Of a DNA stretch of 64,000 nucleotides, positions 58,264-64,000 are shown in pieces; the stretch's first letter is position 1; every line of letters starts with the position of its first letter. The DNA comes from Raillietiella orientalis (taxonomy: Eukaryota), in the NCBI GenBank assembly GCA_036172245.1, contig JAYWIR010000072.1, forward strand, positions 186,001-250,000, read 5' to 3'. The notes under the pieces are model-generated. The model had not been told where the DNA came from. It did no database searches and was given only the letters and a program-made list of their open reading frames with translations. The position numbers and the translations under genes are program-made.

Positions 58264-61200
58264 ATACCACCCCTATACGCCGGGACGTTTATTAAAAACA
58301 TTTCAACGGTCAATACAGAACGTGGTACAAGGCCCCACTGACGGCCACGGAATGCCGGAACTGCCGGGACACCGGGACGCAGCCCGGTGTGGCTCTCCTC
58401 GGCAGTGGAGGGGGATGGGGGAAAAAACAAAAATAAAATAAAATAGAAAAACAAACCACAAAAAAAAGTTTGGAGGGCCGGGAAGGGATCACAGAAAACT
58501 GCTGGGAGCGCCCATCCTTTGCAGGATGCCTTCTAGTTCCATTTTCAGCTTCCCTAGATGGGGCCATCGGGTAGCTCACTGCAGGAAGCGCGAAGCATAC
58601 TTGATGACGTCCCTCACGATGGAGTCTTCATCTTCGGCATCACTCCAGGCCGCCACGATACCACGAATGCAGCAAAGTGCTGCCAGGGCTGCGGCTGGAC
58701 TGAGAGCGTCCCGCACGAAGACAAGACTGAAGTTACATTCAACATTGCCACCATCCGGTATCCGGAGGGCAGTTTTCAGACGATCCCAAAGAATCCGGAC
58801 GGCAGGGCATTCAACTAAGAGGTGGGGGAGCGACTCCCGCTCCCCACACCTGGCACACGCAGGATTTACTCTTCCCCGCGTCCAGTGGAAGCGGCGCGCG
58901 TTGCAGGGTAGACCCCAATGCAGCCACAGAAGCGCCGATTCTTGCCACTTCAGGGGATAATCCTGGATCCAAGTAGAATCGGGGGCCACTTCAGGTCATC
59001 CAATCGAATGCCGAGCAGCTCGCCCCATTTTCTTAATCCACGCGGCTGGAGACTAGGGGTCGTTGCATCTGTCAACTCTCCCATGGTCCAGCCGCTCATC
59101 ATCTTCTCTCTGCCTGCGATACGGCAGCAGACTTGCCACCTTAGCTTCCGGCTTCCGTGAAGCGCCCTTTGAAGGAAGGGCATCGCCGTAACAAAGGGTG
59201 TGCCTTCCGCCTACGTGCAACTCGGTGGAAATTCAAGAATTTCACGGAGAGTGCGGCGGGCGTATAAGCCGACTCGCAGGCAGTTCATCCGGTCTTCGCA
59301 CCTTTGGTTCTGTGTAGCCCAGGTGCCAGCAGTCTCTTTCGGCCAAGCGGAGGAGTTGGCAGGGCCACAAACCATCCAGTCGTTCTCCTTTGCCAGGGTT
59401 GCCATGCGGCCGAGCATTGGACCTCATCTTCGAATCTCCCGGCCAGGGCACAGAAGAAACGATGCGAGTCCTTCGCAGCGGGACACACGCCTGGCCAGGA
59501 GGCGGGCCGGAATGCACCAAGCGGTGCTCCACATCTTCGCTGCGATGGCGAGGATTGGGTTTCCACGCGCTCCAGCGTCAGGATGCTGAGACCGCCGTCC
59601 CGACGCGGAGCGCACAAGTCCTTCAAAGGGACTCGGGACCTCCCTTTGCCCCAAAGAGCTATGCGGAGGAGGTCCTTAGTCCGCTTTTTTGATTCCACGG
59701 GGGTGGGGCAAACAAAAAGCAAGGGGAGGAGGATGGGGGCCGCGAAGGCGTTCCAAACCGCGGCCCGTTCCGGCAAGTGAAACTTGCCTTCCAGGAACAG
59801 GCCGATCGCCGTCTCGACTTTCTGGAGGCAGCTGGACCACGCTTCCGCAGGGGAGAAGTCCCCCAACGGCACACCGAGGTACTTGATGCACCTCACCGTG
59901 GGGATACCCAGACGGACCCAGTCCTGCTGCCCTGCCCACGTCGCTCCAACTGGCAACACTGACGACTTCGCCCTGTTAACCTGTAATCCGGCCCCACGGC
60001 TAAGCAGGTCGAAGAAATCTCCGACCGCCTTAGCCGGGGTGGACATAGGTAAGAGGAGCAGAACATCGTCGGCATACGTCGCTACGGCTGGCGTGCCGGG
60101 GCACGAGCTCGGCAAGGGGGCCAAAGTCACCCTGTACGCTTTCAGCACCAACTCAGCGTAGGTGCTAAAAAGCAGGGGGCTGAGGCTGTCGCCCTGCCGT
60201 ATGCCCCGCCGCACCGGCACGTCATACACCTTTTGTCCACTGAAAGTAATTGAGATTATTGCGTTCCGCCAGCAAGAGCGCAGGTAGGTAATCAAGGAGA
60301 AATGGGAAGCCCATGCGACCGAGGCGCTCCAAGAGGAGTTCCTGGTCAACACAGTCGAATGCCTTATGGAGGTCGACTGCGATCGCTAAGGCCCCCTTTC
60401 CCGCATGAGGGTCCCTTCCCTGTCCCACTGGCGGCCCCAGAGTAGGGATGCAAATTTTCCCTTTCCCTTCTTTATTACTCCGCTGCGCGTGCATCCATGT
60501 GCTCGCGAATAAGAGGTTGTCCTCCATACTTCGCCCGGGAACAGCGTAAGTCTGCTCTAGGCTAATTATTGAATTGGACACCTGCCCCAATCGCCAAGCC
60601 CACAGCCCGGCAATCAACTTGGCGTCCGTGTTCACAATCGTGATCGGACGCCAGTTGCAAAGTTTCCTGAGGTCTCCTCCCTTCGGGAGGAGCCTCACCC
60701 TGGCTGACCGAAACGAGGCGGGAACATCGCCTTCGTCCCGGATTCGCCTTGTCAACTCGAGCACCAGGGCAGCCATCTCTTCCGCGAAACTCTGAAAGAA
60801 CTCCGCAGGCAAGCCGTCCTCCCCTGGCGCCTTACGCCTCTTGAGCCTTTTGATACCGGCGAGAATTTCACCGGTCGTGAAAGGCTCATCGAGGCTTTCT
60901 CTCTCTTCCTCCCCTATCGCCACGGAACCACTCATGAGCAATCGCCGCGAAGCGTCTTGTTCCGGTGGTGTTTTGGCGTAAAGGGAGGAATAAAAACACC
61001 GCACGAGATTCCGTACCGCAGACGGGGACGAACGTTCCCGGCCCATGTCATCCAGCATGCTGGCTGACCCGGATTGCCAGGCTTGTCGCTCGGTTCCGGC
61101 GCGGTATTCGGCCAGGCGACGGACATTGGGGTTCCTCTCGTGACGACGCGCGTGCAAATACGCGCGTTCGTTGCGAGCCCCTACGCCGAATCCCCGGGGC

Positions 61201-63924
61201 AGACGTTGCACAGGGAACTGTTCGCAGAACTCCAGGACCGAGTCCTTAAATAGGTCCCAATCGGCGAGACTCTGGAGGCTGACGCCTCACAGGAATTCGC
61301 GCAGATGTTCTTTCGCTCCTGACAGGCGCGTCCAGTCCCCTGGAATACGCCAATTCCTGGATGGCGGTCCCTTGTCGCGCGGGCGCATCTCGAAAACTAA
61401 CCGGGAATGCTCCGACAGCGTCGATCCAAGTGTCCCTCGTTTTCCGACCCGTGTGCACAGGTCTTCGTCGAGGAAGACGTGGTCCACGCTGCTGACCATC
61501 CCACTTATTTCTGTCAACAAGTTGCGCGCGCGCATGGCGGCGCACAACTCGTTGATCGCGTTACCCTGTGCTCCGGGCTGATCTGAGAGCAGACGGACGT
61601 TGAAATCCCCTGCTATGAGATGCGCCTTTCGCACGTCCGCGTCCACCAGCCATTCGCGCTTCAAGGTTTCCAGTAACGCGTTGCGCTGCTGGTATCCCTG
61701 TTTACCGCTAGGAGCGTACACATTGGTGACGATGAGGTCGATCGAATCGGACCATCTGAGAATCAGTTGGCCGATCCGTCCGTCGTCCCCAAAGCGCACG
61801 CCCTTCACGGCCGCGTTAATGGCTGGCTTTAGGAAGAACGCGACCCCACAAGTGTTGCGGGCGCCGCATCGCCAGTACAACCAGCCTCCCGCAATCGTTT
61901 CGATCTCCTGGGCGTCTTTTGCGGTGATCACGTGGATCTCCTGCAAATGTACCAGGTCGAAATCTCGCAAGGTGGCGGCTGTATCTCGTCTTTTTCCGTC
62001 GCCGCGCAGCCCGTTAACATTCCAACTGGCCGCGCGGATCCGACGCCGACAGGCGAGTCCAGGTGTTATTCCTGGGAACCTGGCGGTGGAGCTCCCTCCA
62101 CCTTTTGGGGCGGGTCGCTGGACGGGGTTGGCGACTTGCCCACCAACTCCCCATCCTTCTTTCGTGCCGACGTCTCCGGCTGCCCGTGCGAAGGGGGTGT
62201 TGTTCGTACCTGTTGGCCCACATCCATTGGTGCGGGTGGTTCAGGTTCGGCGGTTTCAGAGGGCATTGCTGACCCCTGGTTACCCTTTTCCGTTGGAGTC
62301 GCCTCCTCGTCGGCTTCCGCACGTGGGTGATGCCCGACTTGGGCTCCCACGCTGCCATCCACTGGTTCCTCCACCATTGGATCCCCCTCGCGCGGAGGCG
62401 CAATGCACCTTCGGGGTTTCTGGGATTTTCGCCCCGCTTTCGTTGGTGGTGCTTCCGCAGAGGAAGATGCACTTCCGGCCTCCCGGTCCGACTCACCTGC
62501 GTGGGCCACTTTAGCCGCTGCCGGTCTACGCAACCCCTTTCGCGAAGGGTTCTCGCGTTCGGCAAGCGTTGCCGCAAGCTCCTCGGCGGCCTTCTCGAAG
62601 GCTGCGTCCTTGGTTTCGGCGATTTTGTCGTCCGGCTGACCCTCTTCGCAAACGGGGGGTGGGTTTTCGCGCGCATTCGTCGCGGCGGGAAAATCGATCG
62701 AAGCCGTATCGCCTCCGGTGGTGTCGGCGGGAACGTCAATGCGCTCCAGCGTAACCGTGCATTCTCGGAGAGTTTTTACGCGCGACACGGATTGAGCTTT
62801 TGTTCCGGCCGCCGCCTTCTCTCCTTCCTTCGGGACATGCTTGTCCTTTTTTTCTTTTTTGGCTTTGACTAGCTGCAAGCCCTGTTCACCCTCTGCGGTT
62901 TCGGGAAGATTTTTCTCCGATGCTGCGCTTGGAGCTTGGGTTATTGGCAGCTTTTCTCGGCCAGTTTCACGGTTTTCTAATTTTTCTTTCCCCGCGCGTT
63001 TCGCTTGCGCCTTTTTGGCGGCCGAGGAAATTGGGGTGGGGCGTTTAAGGCACACGCGACGGACGTGTCCCTTCTCCCCGCACAAGTAGCATACGATGTT
63101 CGGGCACCTCTGACGGATGTGTCCGACCGCATCGCAGTAGCGGCAATACCGTGGCTTGCCAGCATACCAGAGGTCTACTGGTTCTCCCGCGACCTCAAGT
63201 TTGTGGGGTAGCTTCGCTTCGTTTTTTGGGGTTACGCGTGCCGCAGCGAGGCCCCCGAAGTGGCGTCCGTAGCCCTCGAAGATTGTGGGCTTCGGCCACA
63301 GCGCGTGTACGTCCCCGTACTTACTTAATTCTGCTTTTACGGCAGTGCGCGTCATGCGCTTGGATATTCCTGTCAAGTGGACCACTACCGAGTGGTCCAC
63401 TGACACCGGGAACATCTTACGGCCGTCCATGATCAGCGGGGTATTTATAAAGCGATCGGCTAAGCTGATGCTCTTGCACACCAGCTCAACCCGCTGCGCC
63501 CCGCTGAGCACGCACAGACCGTCCAGATCTTCCTCACGGACATTAGCATTTTGTAGCGCTCTGCTGAAAGAGCGCGCGGTGTTTCCTTCAAACAAAGGGC
63601 CTACCTTGTATACAAGCGATGGCTTGTATTCAGAGGCCCGATAGGCGGCTTCCTCGGCCATGGCCTCCGCACTGGGGGCGGCGACCATTTCACTCCAAGT
63701 CTTCGCCGGCTGCGAAGACGTTCCAGGGACTATTGACCCCATAGATGTAGGTCCTGTGGTAGGACTTGCCTCCCCCACAACCACATCCCTCGCGGTGTCC
63801 TCTGGCACAGCTGCCATCGGACACCGACGACCCACACTTAACACCTGATTACACTAAAAAAAACTCCGGTTGCTTCCCAGACAGGCGCAGGCGGCGCGAC
63901 CAAAAAACACGTCCACCCACACCG
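58264..63924 (-). mobile_element. Tx1-like alpha-3, full length, in tandem with alpha-2 at the GFG site
   Basis: Flanked by GGATTCAGCG (58254-58263) and GCTTTCGGCG (63925-63934); ORF2 frameshifted. Confidence 0.88.
62066..63817 (-). CDS. alpha-3 ORF1p
   Basis: From MAAVPEDT; CRYCDAVGHIRQRC and CYLCGEKGHVRRVC. Confidence 0.85.
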   Translation of the reverse strand: MAAVPEDTARDVVVGEASPTTGPTSMGSIVPGTSSQPAKTWSEMVAAPSAEAMAEEAAYRASEYKPSLVYKVGPLFEGNTARSFSRALQNANVREEDLDGLCVLSGAQRVELVCKSISLADRFINTPLIMDGRKMFPVSVDHSVVVHLTGISKRMTRTAVKAELSKYGDVHALWPKPTIFEGYGRHFGGLAAARVTPKNEAKLPHKLEVAGEPVDLWYAGKPRYCRYCDAVGHIRQRCPNIVCYLCGEKGHVRRVCLKRPTPISSAAKKAQAKRAGKEKLENRETGREKLPITQAPSAASEKNLPETAEGEQGLQLVKAKKEKKDKHVPKEGEKAAAGTKAQSVSRVKTLRECTVTLERIDVPADTTGGDTASIDFPAATNARENPPPVCEEGQPDDKIAETKDAAFEKAAEELAATLAERENPSRKGLRRPAAAKVAHAGESDREAGSASSSAEAPPTKAGRKSQKPRRCIAPPREGDPMVEEPVDGSVGAQVGHHPRAEADEEATPTEKGNQGSAMPSETAEPEPPAPMDVGQQVRTTPPSHGQPETSARKKDGELVGKSPTPSSDPPQKVEGAPPPGSQE

Positions 63925-64000
63925 GCTTTCGGCGAAGGGCTGAGGAACGACCGGGCATACCACCACGCCCGTCTTTACTCTAGGACTCCCGACGTTCGAC
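63925..64000 (+). mobile_element. Host ORF2 resuming after the GFG site (runs off the window)
   Basis: Near-identical to 36984-37059 (FGEGLRNDRAYHH..SRTPDVR). Confidence 0.85.

Noticed and set aside
1..64000. Prokaryotic RT systems (group II intron, retron, DGR) or CRISPR arrays
   Set aside because: The rRNA is eukaryotic 28S, the RTs are flanked by APE or RLE domains, and there is no repeat-spacer array.

Overview
Eukaryotic (animal-type, GC-rich) repeat locus with no host protein genes. Bases 1-21.7 kb are rearranged, partly degenerate 28S rDNA fragments interleaved with two-ORF restriction-like-endonuclease (RLE) non-LTR retrotransposons of NeSL/R5/Utopia type. Three of these elements have junctions antisense at the helix-69/R2 region of 28S. 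Bases 21.7-27.3 kb hold further RLE copies. Bases 27.3-64 kb are a nested pile of L1/Tx1-clade (APE-RT) retrotransposons in which subfamilies insert at fixed codon positions inside the ORF2 of their own relatives, mostly antisense (10-bp TSD GGTTTCGGCG at the 'GFG' site, plus a second site at 'ESALL'). In both unrelated clades the element 5' end carries a DPE-like RGACGT, and the antisense strand of the target supplies a CA(+1) initiator-like sequence exactly 27 nt upstream. This suggests a promoter that is completed only on correct site-specific antisense insertion. The Tx1-like elements end in AATAAA plus a CCCGG/CCGGG hairpin with no poly(A), and their ORF1/ORF2 overlap at the stop codon with or without an AUG. 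Subfamily names (A-F, alpha-zeta) are my own labels. Clade assignments are by motif recognition, not database search.
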